In this document: one piece after another, positions 28,901-36,088 of the stretch
Layout of the letters: every line of letters starts with the position of its first letter
Position numbering within the stretch: position 1 is the first letter of the stretch
Assembly (NCBI GenBank): GCA_942490825.1
Contig: CALNYG010000005.1
Location: 70,240 to 134,239, forward strand
Direction: 5' to 3'
Length of the DNA: 64,000 bases
Source of the DNA: Candidatus Moraniibacteriota bacterium
GTDB lineage: Bacteria > Patescibacteriota > Minisyncoccia > Moranbacterales > GCA-2747515
Translations under genes and position numbers: made by a program
The notes under the pieces: model-generated
Databases searched by the model: none
Told to the model about the DNA's origin: nothing
What the model saw: the letters and a program-made list of their open reading frames with translations, nothing else

Positions 28901-29422
28901 TTCATAAACCAAGCCCTTATCAAAAAGTTCCTTAAAAACCCACCAAACAGATTCCATAAAATCCTTATCCATCGTTCGATAGGCATTTTCCATATCTGCC
29001 CAACGTCCCAAACGCTCGATCGCCTTTTCCCAATCATCAACATATCCCAAAACCTTACTTCTACACAACTCATTAAACTTATCCACACCCAATGCCTCAA
29101 TATCTTTCTTTTTCTGCGATCCCATTTCCTTTTCCACAATATTCTCAATCGGCAAACCGTGACAATCCCAACCCCACTTTCGCTCCACGTAAAAACCACG
29201 CATCGTCCAATATCGTGGCACAACGTCTTTCATAATACTTCCCACAAGATGCCCATAATGTGGCAACCCAGTCGCAAAAGGAGGTCCATCATAAAATGTA
29301 TATTCCTTCGCATCTTTTCGATTATCCAAAGATTTCTGAAAAGTTTTGTTTTCCTTCCAAAATTCAATTATTTCTTTTTCCATTTCAGGAAACTTTTGTC
29401 GTGATTCTACTTTTTTAAACAT
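25937..29422 (-). CDS. ileS: isoleucine--tRNA ligase (type 2) carrying an inserted serine-hydrolase-like domain
   Basis: 1161 aa. HIGH-type PHYGHLVG, KMSKKL, editing-domain motifs TTPWTLPGN and GTGVVHIAPAFGEDD, and HSYPHCWRCDTPLI are all present. In addition, an extra segment of about 180 aa (aa about 250-430) lies between DYVKIE and KYKPLF. Confidence 0.96.
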   Translation of the reverse strand: MFKKVESRQKFPEMEKEIIEFWKENKTFQKSLDNRKDAKEYTFYDGPPFATGLPHYGHLVGSIMKDVVPRYWTMRGFYVERKWGWDCHGLPIENIVEKEMGSQKKKDIEALGVDKFNELCRSKVLGYVDDWEKAIERLGRWADMENAYRTMDKDFMESVWWVFKELFDKGLVYESYRSMHICPRCETTLSQSEVAEGYQDIKDLSVTAKFELVDEPNTFILAWTTTPWTLPGNVALAVGEDIDYVKIEKESWYKNVFLISGKHAFASDSYFQKLKEKLEKNGYNVTIIDHKNNSNPNLKENLELLEKYDFNNSHVIVHSLGSSTFLKFLENKEVKIESLTMIAPTYPGKSFSSTNPDWVKNSGYTDFELDFEKIKNKISNKVDVIYSDENIIKEEHFLLLGGKLNANLHKEENKGHFFEKGVTNEPNFKIDFSERFILAKAKLEEIFGEAEYKIIEELKGEKLIGKKYKPLFNTYSENESLENRENGWKVYGADFVTTEDGTGVVHIAPAFGEDDMNLGKENNLPFVQHVGMDGNFKEELKNEKEFEEFAKLNLSERFPEKKGVVQIRKADKMIVNYLEEEKKIFNSESYDHSYPHCWRCDTPLINYATSSWFIAVTKIKDKLLETAKEVNWSPAHLKEGRFGNWLEGARDWSISRQRFWASAIPIWKCECGEMKVFGNVADLEKISGEKIDDLHKHVVDKIVFPCEKCSGEMHRIPDVLDTWFDSGSMPYAQKHYPFENKEKFENTFPADFIAEGIDQTRAWFYYLHTIAGAIKGKPAFKNVIANGIVLAEDGKKMSKKLQNYPNPMEMFEKYGADSIRYYLMASPVVAAQNLNFSEKDVSEVVRGMMRMLWNSYSFFVLYANIDKWEAEKNFSAEGKTNLLDKWIVSELQVLIREFNNHMEAYELHKAARLLPKFTDNLSNWYIRRSRKRFWKSEDDGDKNDAYATLHYVLVELSKVMAPFTPFMAEEVYKNLMNSVETKDFSSVHLAEFPETNEELIDEKLNEQVENLRDVISEGLQLRSQNKLKVRQPLSKVTVKKDFNEEMQEIIKEELNVKEVIFNENLETDIVLDTEITPELKLEGQAREIIRHIQQMRKNADYQVDDRINVSYQGGEEVFEKFGEMIVKEVLAEKFEKGTLEEFDLEKELDVDGEKIVVRIKK

Positions 29423-29452
29423 AGGTTTATTTAGTTAATTATGATTATTTTA

Positions 29453-29866
29453 TTAAATTGTTTCTAAAAAATCTTCTATTGTTTTATACCTTTCTTCAAA
29501 AATCAAATATAATGTGTCTGGTTTTTCTGGTTCTCCGATAAGAATAAGTTTTTTACCCAATCCATATGCAATTCCAGCTTCAATATGTACTGAATTTCCA
29601 GCTGGCAATAATACAATAATTTTTTCAGCATTTTTCAATCCATCTAAATCTTCTTTAAAAAGTTTCTGAAAATGTTCATTGTTGTAAAAATCTTTTACAC
29701 TCTCAAGTACTTTCATTTGATCTTCTGGATTACCCTCAGGATTAGAAGAGTCTGCAGGATTATCAAAAAAATTGTAACAACTTTTACCTTTTTCTTCTAG
29801 TTTTTCAATAAGTTGATCTACATTTTCTTTATTTCTAAATTTCGCTAAAACTGTATATTCTGTCAT
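29453..29866 (-). CDS. nucleoside 2-deoxyribosyltransferase-like (Rossmann-like) protein
   Basis: 137 aa. KIIVLLPAGNSVHIEAGIAYGLGKKLILIG resembles the D/E-x-G-T-x-x-E-x-G-Y-A-x-G-K motif region of the NDT-like superfamily. The assignment is tentative. Confidence 0.4.
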   Translation of the reverse strand: MTEYTVLAKFRNKENVDQLIEKLEEKGKSCYNFFDNPADSSNPEGNPEDQMKVLESVKDFYNNEHFQKLFKEDLDGLKNAEKIIVLLPAGNSVHIEAGIAYGLGKKLILIGEPEKPDTLYLIFEERYKTIEDFLETI

Positions 29867-29870
29867 ACTT

Positions 29871-30494
29871 TTAAATTATTTTATTATTATTTTTAAATTC
29901 TAAATTTTCTTCATCAAATGACCATTTTAATGGATTCTCATAAATATATTGTTGTATCTTATTTAAAGATTTTTCATTTCTGATTATATGATCATAATAT
30001 CTGGGTTGCCATTTAAAATTGATTTGTTTTTGTGATTTGTTGATTTCAAATGAACATCTACCTTTAAACCAACGAATCATTGTTGCTAAATTTTCATGCA
30101 ACATTGGATTATGTTGTTTTGTAACACCGCCCATTTTTGTTGTACAAACGCGATTTATCGCGTTTCTTGTATTATCATCAACGGTATCATTGAAACGCGA
30201 TAAATCGGCGTTTCTACAATTTTTAATTCCAATAATTCCATGAATATGATTTGGCATAATTATAAATTCATCTAATTCTACATTATCAAAATGTTGTGGT
30301 ATTTCCAACCAAAATTTTTTTGCCTTTTTTCCAGTTTCATTTAAAGCTGTTTTTTCATTTTCGACTTTACCAAAAAAATATTGTTTGTCTTTTGTGCAGA
30401 CGGTTACGAAATAAAATCCATCATTGGAATAATCCCAATTTTGCAAACGATGTGATCCGATGCGGTATTTATTTTTGAATTTGGGTTGTTGCAT
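29871..30494 (-). CDS. REP-associated tyrosine transposase-like Y1 (HUH) transposase
   Basis: 207 aa. YRIGSHRLQNWDYSNDGFYFVTVCT is followed by the HUH motif MPNHIHGII and the C-terminal Tyr motif WQPRYYDHIIRN, matching the IS200-like/RAYT family. The ORF contains two copies of the REP palindrome AAACGCGAT..ATCGCGTTTC (30142-30169, 30192-30217). Confidence 0.82.
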   Translation of the reverse strand: MQQPKFKNKYRIGSHRLQNWDYSNDGFYFVTVCTKDKQYFFGKVENEKTALNETGKKAKKFWLEIPQHFDNVELDEFIIMPNHIHGIIGIKNCRNADLSRFNDTVDDNTRNAINRVCTTKMGGVTKQHNPMLHENLATMIRWFKGRCSFEINKSQKQINFKWQPRYYDHIIRNEKSLNKIQQYIYENPLKWSFDEENLEFKNNNKII

Positions 30495-30507
30495 AAATTA
30501 TTTATTT

Positions 30508-30532
30508 GAAACGCGATGAATCGCGTTTCTAC
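30508..30532 (-). repeat. REP hairpin flanking the RAYT gene
   Basis: The minus strand reads GTAGAAACGCGATTCATCGCGTTTC, 13 nt upstream of the RAYT ATG. The same palindrome occurs at 38967-38992 and twice inside the RAYT ORF. Confidence 0.75.
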
Positions 30533-30548
30533 GCATTGATTATTTTTT

Positions 30549-30745
30549 AAAAACAAAAAATCCCCAAACAAATAAATGTTTAAGGACGATTAAACGCGGT
30601 GCCACCTTAATTCGTTAAAAAATAACGCTCTCAATTTTAGTGATTTACGGACACTTACCGACAAGGTCTACTTAGCTAATGCTTTTCTGCTTGTATCCCC
30701 TGTTTTTCAACAGATCCAATGGTGATAGCCACTGTCAAAGGATTT
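30549..30745 (-). promoter_or_regulatory. T-box riboswitch leader (candidate Ile specifier)
   Basis: The minus strand at 30595-30612 reads AATTAAGGTGGCACCGCG, the T-box sequence. The antiterminator AAGG[UGGCACC]GCG...CGUCCUU is mutually exclusive with a terminator stem (30561-30570 pairing with 30577-30586) followed by U6. Upstream lie AGAAA and AGUAG Stem-I-like motifs, GCGUUA (F-box-like) and a candidate specifier AUC followed by A (30641-30644). Confidence 0.8.
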
Positions 30746-30873
30746 TATAATTGTACTCTATTTATACTATTTTTTTGGGTTAAACGCAAATTTTTGTAAC
30801 TTACAAACAAAATTAATAAACTCAAAATTTTATGAAATATGTTAAATAAACTTAAAAATGCCTAAATTTATAA

Positions 30874-31371
30874 TTAAGTAAATATTTTATTAAAAAATAC
30901 AAAAAGTGACATAAATATGGGGAGCAATAAAAATGTAATGAAAACTACTATTTTCGAAAGAATGTACATTATTACTATTGGTGACCTACCTAAAAAAATA
31001 GCTGTTTTTTCTTCAAATATTTTTTTACTTTTTGTTTTTGTATACAATCCCCAAGCAATCAATATACTAATTAGAATTAGATAGCCAAAAATAAATTCAA
31101 ATAACATAAATGAACAATCCCTACCAGATGCTTCACATATATTTATCAATGACATAGGAAACGACAAAAAAGTAAAGATAGCTCCAAAAATATAATGAGC
31201 ATATCTAGACATATTGCTTTTATCAAAAGTAATTCTCAATAAAAATATAATATAAAACCAACCTAAAATAATAACTAAAAAGGAGTTACTTTTCGCAATA
31301 AAAAATACTGTAAGAAACCATAGTATGAAATAGAGTATATACCTTATCCACTTCTTGAAATCACTAGACAT
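30874..31371 (-). CDS. hypothetical polytopic membrane protein
   Basis: 165 aa with about five hydrophobic helices. No family recognised. Confidence 0.5.
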   Translation of the reverse strand: MSSDFKKWIRYILYFILWFLTVFFIAKSNSFLVIILGWFYIIFLLRITFDKSNMSRYAHYIFGAIFTFLSFPMSLINICEASGRDCSFMLFEFIFGYLILISILIAWGLYTKTKSKKIFEEKTAIFLGRSPIVIMYILSKIVVFITFLLLPIFMSLFVFFNKIFT

Positions 31372-31475
31372 CTTATTTATTATTATTTGAACTTTATTTA
31401 AAAATAAAACTATTCTATATTATTTATATAATTTTTTGAGAACATGACAATACCTTCAATCTGATAAAGACATTT

Positions 31476-32435
31476 TTACTCCTTAATCTCCTGCACCTTA
31501 ACATCAATAACCCCCGCACCAATACTAGCAATCTTTTTAAAAGCCACTTTATCCAAATCAATAATATGACCAGTATAATCAGCTGGACCATAATCATTTA
31601 CAATAACAATAACACTTTTTCCACTCCCTTGATTAGTAACTTTCAAATAAGTTCCTTTCGGATAATCCCTCGAAGCACAAGCTAAAGTTCCCGTGTAAGC
31701 ATACCAAGTAGCACTCCCCTTATCCGCCTTACCCAATTTCATTCTAGTCCCCTGAACAATCACCTTATCAACAGGCTCTTTTATTACATTTTCACTAACC
31801 TTTTCCCTACCAACTTCCTCGCCATTATGATAAGAAATTTCATAAACAATCTCTTTTTCACCATATTCACCCTCAGTTTTAGTAAATTTCTTTAAATAAC
31901 TCGTTTCTGGATCGTCTTTCTTAACAGTTTCAAAATCAATTTTTTTAGTTTCCTTTTCTTCTTTAATTTCTACTTTTACTATTTCCACTTCCAAATCTTT
32001 TTTAACAATAGTTTCTTTATTAGGAGTAATTAAATCATCACTGTCTAATTCAATATTTGCTTCAGTAATAACGTTTTCCAAAGAATCGCCATAAGTTTTC
32101 ACTTCTTGTTCGTCATCAGCTATTTTTATTTTTACGGTTTTTTCTCGATTTATCCTGATTACATCATTAGAAAAAATTTGATCTTCTCGTTTAGGGAAAA
32201 TTCGATCTTGTTCAGAAATATCTTCATCATAAAATTTTACCGCCTCAGAAATTGTTTTAGCTGGCACATTCTCTAATTCTATAATATTCCCATCATCTAC
32301 AACTGTTATATTAACAGGCTGATCAATAGGCTCAAAATCGTGATCATTTCCTGACAAGGCTAAAGTTGGAACGGCTACTAAAGCCATTCCCCAAGCGATC
32401 TTTTTATTTCTTTTTTGACGTATTTTTTTGTGCAT
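31476..32435 (-). CDS. secreted DUF348/G5/RlpA-like (DPBB) cell-wall protein
   Basis: 319 aa. Signal anchor, a G5-like segment (ETVKKDDPE...GEKEIVYEISYHNGEEVGREKVSENVIKEPVDKVIVQGT), and a C-terminal GSATWYAY...VIVIVNDYGP....IDLDKVAFKKI double-psi beta-barrel motif. Confidence 0.8.
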   Translation of the reverse strand: MHKKIRQKRNKKIAWGMALVAVPTLALSGNDHDFEPIDQPVNITVVDDGNIIELENVPAKTISEAVKFYDEDISEQDRIFPKREDQIFSNDVIRINREKTVKIKIADDEQEVKTYGDSLENVITEANIELDSDDLITPNKETIVKKDLEVEIVKVEIKEEKETKKIDFETVKKDDPETSYLKKFTKTEGEYGEKEIVYEISYHNGEEVGREKVSENVIKEPVDKVIVQGTRMKLGKADKGSATWYAYTGTLACASRDYPKGTYLKVTNQGSGKSVIVIVNDYGPADYTGHIIDLDKVAFKKIASIGAGVIDVKVQEIKE

Positions 32436-32527
32436 GAAATTGATAACTTTTTAGTATCCTAAGTGTACAATGGACTGAGTATATTTTCAACTAGTGAAGG
32501 GATATTTAAAAAAAATTTTAAATTTTT

Positions 32528-32668
32528 GTAGGAGCAATGCCTTGTGCCTGACCTGTGGTGAACGAAAAGCTTTATTAAAAGGGCGACCACCAGTAGAAAC
32601 GAATTGCAATTCATTTCTACAAATATGTATCATAGCCCGTGCGGCGAGCCTACCTATCGGCAGACAGG
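32528..32668. repeat. mosaic repeat cluster
   Basis: Contains GTAGGAGCAATGCCTTGTGCCTGACC (32528-32558), GTAGAAACGAATTGCAATTCATTTCTAC (32593-32620), the 17-mer core GCCCGTGCGGCGAGC (32635-32649) and the hairpin CCTACCTATCGGCAGACAGG (32649-32668). Confidence 0.8.
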
Positions 32669-32728
32669 CACTTTTTAAAGTTGTTTTTATGTTATTATTA
32701 AATTATTAAAAAAATAAAAATAGAATTT

Positions 32729-33490
32729 ATGTCAAAAATAATAAAAGTAGTTATTTTGGTTTTCGTTTTAATATTAATCTCTTTTTTGTTCGTGAGTTGT
32801 ACGATGTCTTCTGAAAAAGATTTGGATGAGCAACAAGAAGTAAAAGAACTTAATGAGATTGATAAGAATGTGACATTGCAAGACTCTTCAGAAAGTGAAG
32901 TAGAAGTTATTAAAAGTGTTAACAAAACAGCCAAATATAAAATAGAATTTATTGCGGAGTGGAGTGAAAAAACTCACCCTGACAATTATCCAAAAAACGC
33001 ACATTTTTCTCCTTTTGTGGCGTATTCACATAATGGATCTGTTGAAGCAAAGATTTTTTCGGAAGGTAAATTGGCGACGGCTGGTGTTGAGGACATGGCG
33101 GAAACTGGTGCGACTGGAACTTTAGTTAAAGAAATTAAAAGTTTAATAAATTCTAAATTAGTTTATCAACAAACAAAAGGTAAGGTTTTTGATTCACCTG
33201 GAGGTGATATTTCTGAATTGAGTTTTTCTCAGGAGTATAGTAATTTTTTGTTTGTGAGTATGTTGGCACCGAGTCCTGATTGGTTTGTGAGTGGTTCAAC
33301 TGATTTGTTTGAAGATGGTGACTGGGTGGAAAGGGCTGAAATTGATTTGGTTACTTTTGATGCGGGGACGGATGATGGAGTTGAACTTACTTCACGTGAT
33401 AAAGATTCTAAACCAAAGCAACCTATTGTTGTTTTTGGGGATGAGTTGCAGGGTTTGGGGAGAGTTGTTTTGAGTAGGATTGATAAATAA
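32729..33490 (+). CDS. Spondin_N-domain lipoprotein
   Basis: 253 aa. Lipobox LFVSC. YKIEFIAEWSEKTHP..YP.NAHFSPFV...H and MLAPSPDWFVSG...L..DG.W match the spondin N-terminal domain pattern. Confidence 0.75.
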   Translation: MSKIIKVVILVFVLILISFLFVSCTMSSEKDLDEQQEVKELNEIDKNVTLQDSSESEVEVIKSVNKTAKYKIEFIAEWSEKTHPDNYPKNAHFSPFVAYSHNGSVEAKIFSEGKLATAGVEDMAETGATGTLVKEIKSLINSKLVYQQTKGKVFDSPGGDISELSFSQEYSNFLFVSMLAPSPDWFVSGSTDLFEDGDWVERAEIDLVTFDAGTDDGVELTSRDKDSKPKQPIVVFGDELQGLGRVVLSRIDK

Positions 33491-33608
33491 ACTTTACAAA
33501 TCTTTATATATCTACCCTTTTATCTACCTTTTAACTTTTTTAATAAAATGGCTAAGATAAAGGTTTTTTGATAAATTTTTATCTTAAGTCTACCTTGAGT
33601 CTACCCTT

Positions 33609-35279
33609 TTAACTATTTATTCTCCAATAAGCGGATGGTGATCTTTGTTTACCATCAAAATAAATTTTTTCTTCATCTCTTAACAAATTTAATAAGTTTT
33701 GAATTTTTTTGCTACTCAATTTTCCTTCAAATAAACCATCTCTGAAATCACCCATCCTGCCTTTTTTATGTTGTTCAAAAAAGTTCCAAAGAACTTTTTT
33801 TTGTTGATCTTTAGCAAGCCACTTCTTTCTTGTATACTCACTATTTTCTCCAGTAAAATTGTAAAATTTACTACTAAGTAAATATTTTGTTCCACGTCCT
33901 ATTCCAATCTTTTCTAATATTCCTAATTTTAAAAATTTATCTTTTCTTTTAGTGTCTGCAGAAAATTGTTTTTCTCTTATTTCGTCTAAAAAAATAAGAT
34001 CTTTAACAAAGTCAAATTCGACTTGTTTTTCTTTTGAAATTCTTTCTAAAAAAATAACAAAATTTTCATCTTTGATTTGAGTAGGGATTGTAAGTTTTAC
34101 AAAATTTGTTGTAGTTTCTTCAATGAGAGGTCTTCCTTTTCCTTCTAAAATAGCTTTATTAAAAATTCTATCTAATCCATGTCCATATCTCTCAACAAGT
34201 CCAATTTTTCCAAGTGTTTCCATAAGCAAGCGATTTCTCCATTTTCCTACAGCATCAAGTATATTTTTAGAAGATACTCCTGACAAAAATTTTCCTGGAC
34301 TTTTTATAATAAATTTTTGAAGTGTTGCTTCAATAAATATAGAGCCTCTTTCTTCATAGTCTCTATGCGCAAACGCATTTAATATTGCTTCACGAATACT
34401 TTCTTTATCAAATGCCCAAACATCCCCCTCAAAAAAACCTTCTTTAAAAGGAGTTCTTGTATTTCGTACATTAATAGTTTCCCAAATCTCATCAATCATT
34501 AATAAAAAAGCAGTTCTCCAATCTTTTGAAAAATCAAAATCAAGTTTATTAAAATCATTTTTCCAACCAAATCGAATTTCTGCTTCAGGAATAAACTCAG
34601 CTATTTTTTCACTTTTTCCACAAAGTAAAATTGCTGCAAAAGTAATTTCATTTGATTTTTTAAGAAGTAATTTATCAAGCATTTCTTCATAAGAAAAACT
34701 TAAATATTTCTCATCATTTTCCTTTTCTGCCCATTTTTCTTTTAAAATACTTAATGCATTTTTATCCAAATCTTGGAAAGTGGCATTTTCACAAATTTGT
34801 GAAGAAAAGTCATAATTTTCCTTTTTCAATAAAATATTTCTTTGTCTTTCAGGATAGGCAGAAAGGAGTTGATTATGAGAATCTTTTCTAATATAAGGTA
34901 CTTTTTCAAAAAGGATAGGACTATTTCCACAATTTTTTATTTGCACAACAAAAATTCTTTTATCTTCTACAATAAATTCATATTCATTCCAATGACATTG
35001 TTTATTAAGTTTTTCATTTAACCAAATATTTCCCGTTCCGCCTTTTGGCTTTAATTTTTGTAAAGAAAATTCTGTTCCAATGATTCTCCATGTTTTATCT
35101 TCAATACCCCAGATAAAATATGCGAACTCTTCATTTTCATAACTTGCGGAATTAGCAAGAGCAGAAAATGTTTTTCCAATCTTGTCTGGATCCGCTAAAG
35201 AATTTTTTATTTCAATCCAAGAAATTTCATTTTCAGCACGAACTTTTTTTATTAAACTTTCTAATAATTCTTTAGTCAT
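33609..35279 (-). CDS. AlbA_2 (Schlafen-like) + HATPase_c_4 + winged-helix protein
   Basis: 556 aa. The N-terminus has EISWIEIKNSL..PDKIGKTFSALANS....FAYFIWGIED (AlbA_2-like). The middle has IREAILNAFAHRDYEERGSIFIEA....IIKSPG (HATPase_c_4-like). Proteins of this type are often annotated as RecG-like or as transcriptional regulators. Confidence 0.72.
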   Translation of the reverse strand: MTKELLESLIKKVRAENEISWIEIKNSLADPDKIGKTFSALANSASYENEEFAYFIWGIEDKTWRIIGTEFSLQKLKPKGGTGNIWLNEKLNKQCHWNEYEFIVEDKRIFVVQIKNCGNSPILFEKVPYIRKDSHNQLLSAYPERQRNILLKKENYDFSSQICENATFQDLDKNALSILKEKWAEKENDEKYLSFSYEEMLDKLLLKKSNEITFAAILLCGKSEKIAEFIPEAEIRFGWKNDFNKLDFDFSKDWRTAFLLMIDEIWETINVRNTRTPFKEGFFEGDVWAFDKESIREAILNAFAHRDYEERGSIFIEATLQKFIIKSPGKFLSGVSSKNILDAVGKWRNRLLMETLGKIGLVERYGHGLDRIFNKAILEGKGRPLIEETTTNFVKLTIPTQIKDENFVIFLERISKEKQVEFDFVKDLIFLDEIREKQFSADTKRKDKFLKLGILEKIGIGRGTKYLLSSKFYNFTGENSEYTRKKWLAKDQQKKVLWNFFEQHKKGRMGDFRDGLFEGKLSSKKIQNLLNLLRDEEKIYFDGKQRSPSAYWRINS

Positions 35280-35355
35280 AAAAATTTTTTGGTATTGCTA
35301 CCAAACTATAGATAATGTAAAATGAATAGGTAATTAAATACCTAAAAACAAAAAA

Positions 35356-35748
35356 ATGAAAATTAAATGCCCTCATTGCAATAATAAGAATTATGTTAAA
35401 AATGGTAAAGTAAATAAAAAACAAAGATATCTATGTAAAGAATGTAGCTATAACTTTTCTAGATTTACAAAAAGAGGAAAACCTAAAGAAATTAAGAAAA
35501 AAGCAATTGAAATGTATTTAGAGGGACTAGGATTTAGATCAATAGGAAGAATACTGAAAGTTAGTAACGTTAGTATATTAAGATGGGTAAAAAAAGCAAC
35601 TAAAAAATTAAGGAATATATTAAAAAGTAAAAAAGAAGTAAAATATTGGAAAATAGAAAAAATGGAATTAGATGAAATGTGGCATTTTGTGTTAAAAAAA
35701 AGAAAAAAGCCTGGATTTGGCTTGCAGTTGATAGATCTAGTAAAATAA
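35356..35748 (+). CDS. IS1 InsA-like protein (upstream frame)
   Basis: Same Zn-finger/HTH sequence as 2972-3265, with I/A and other single substitutions. The frame continues past the A8 run. Confidence 0.8.
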   Translation: MKIKCPHCNNKNYVKNGKVNKKQRYLCKECSYNFSRFTKRGKPKEIKKKAIEMYLEGLGFRSIGRILKVSNVSILRWVKKATKKLRNILKSKKEVKYWKIEKMELDEMWHFVLKKRKKPGFGLQLIDLVK

Positions 35749-36056
35749 TAATTGATTTCGTGATAGGGACAAGAGGTGAAAAAACTGGAAGAAAATTATG
35801 GGACAAAATCAAAAAAATTGATTGCGATAAATACTGTTCAGATCATTGGGATGTTTATAAAAAATTTTTACCAAAAGATAAGCACATTCAAACAAAAGCA
35901 GAGACTTTTACAGTTGAAGGAATGAATAATCAATTAAGACATTATATAGCAAGATTTCATAGGAAAACTCATTGTTATTCTAAAAGTATTGAAATGGTTG
36001 AAAATACAATCTTGCTATTCATGCACAGAGAAATTGCTATTTCTATATTTGAGTAG
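35679..36056 (+). CDS. IS1 InsB-like DDE transposase frame (expressed as an InsAB' fusion by -1 frameshift)
   Basis: Uninterrupted 125-aa frame ...KAWIWLAVDRSSKIIIDFVIG.R...CSDHW..Y........H.Q.KAET..VEG.NN.LRHY..RF.RKT.CYSKS, which is IS1 InsB-like. Confidence 0.8.
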   Translation: MAFCVKKKKKAWIWLAVDRSSKIIIDFVIGTRGEKTGRKLWDKIKKIDCDKYCSDHWDVYKKFLPKDKHIQTKAETFTVEGMNNQLRHYIARFHRKTHCYSKSIEMVENTILLFMHREIAISIFE

Positions 36057-36088
36057 CAATACCAATTTTTTATTATTTTATAAAAATT

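Larger units (their letters stand above)
35291..36063 (+). mobile_element. IS1-family insertion sequence, copy 2 (apparently intact)
   Basis: 773 bp. Ends are GGTATTGCTACC... and ...GTAGCAATACC. An 8-bp direct repeat AATTTTTT flanks it at 35283-35290 and 36064-36071. insA and insB overlap in the 0/-1 frames, with an A8 slippery run at 35694-35701. It is inserted 11 bp upstream of the ATG of the AlbA_2 gene. Confidence 0.9.

Noticed and set aside
30549-30760. I initially considered this structured intergenic RNA to be SRP RNA or 6S RNA.
   Set aside because: It lacks the SRP helix-8 GGAA/AGCA motifs. The GGTGGCACCGCG T-box sequence, with competing antiterminator and terminator structures, explains it better.
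2559-36063. The two IS1 copies could form a 33.5-kb composite transposon.
   Set aside because: Each copy has its own matching 8-bp target duplication, and the outer flanks do not match each other. The intervening DNA is core housekeeping (recA, ftsK, smpB, infC operon, ileS). The evidence points to two independent insertions.
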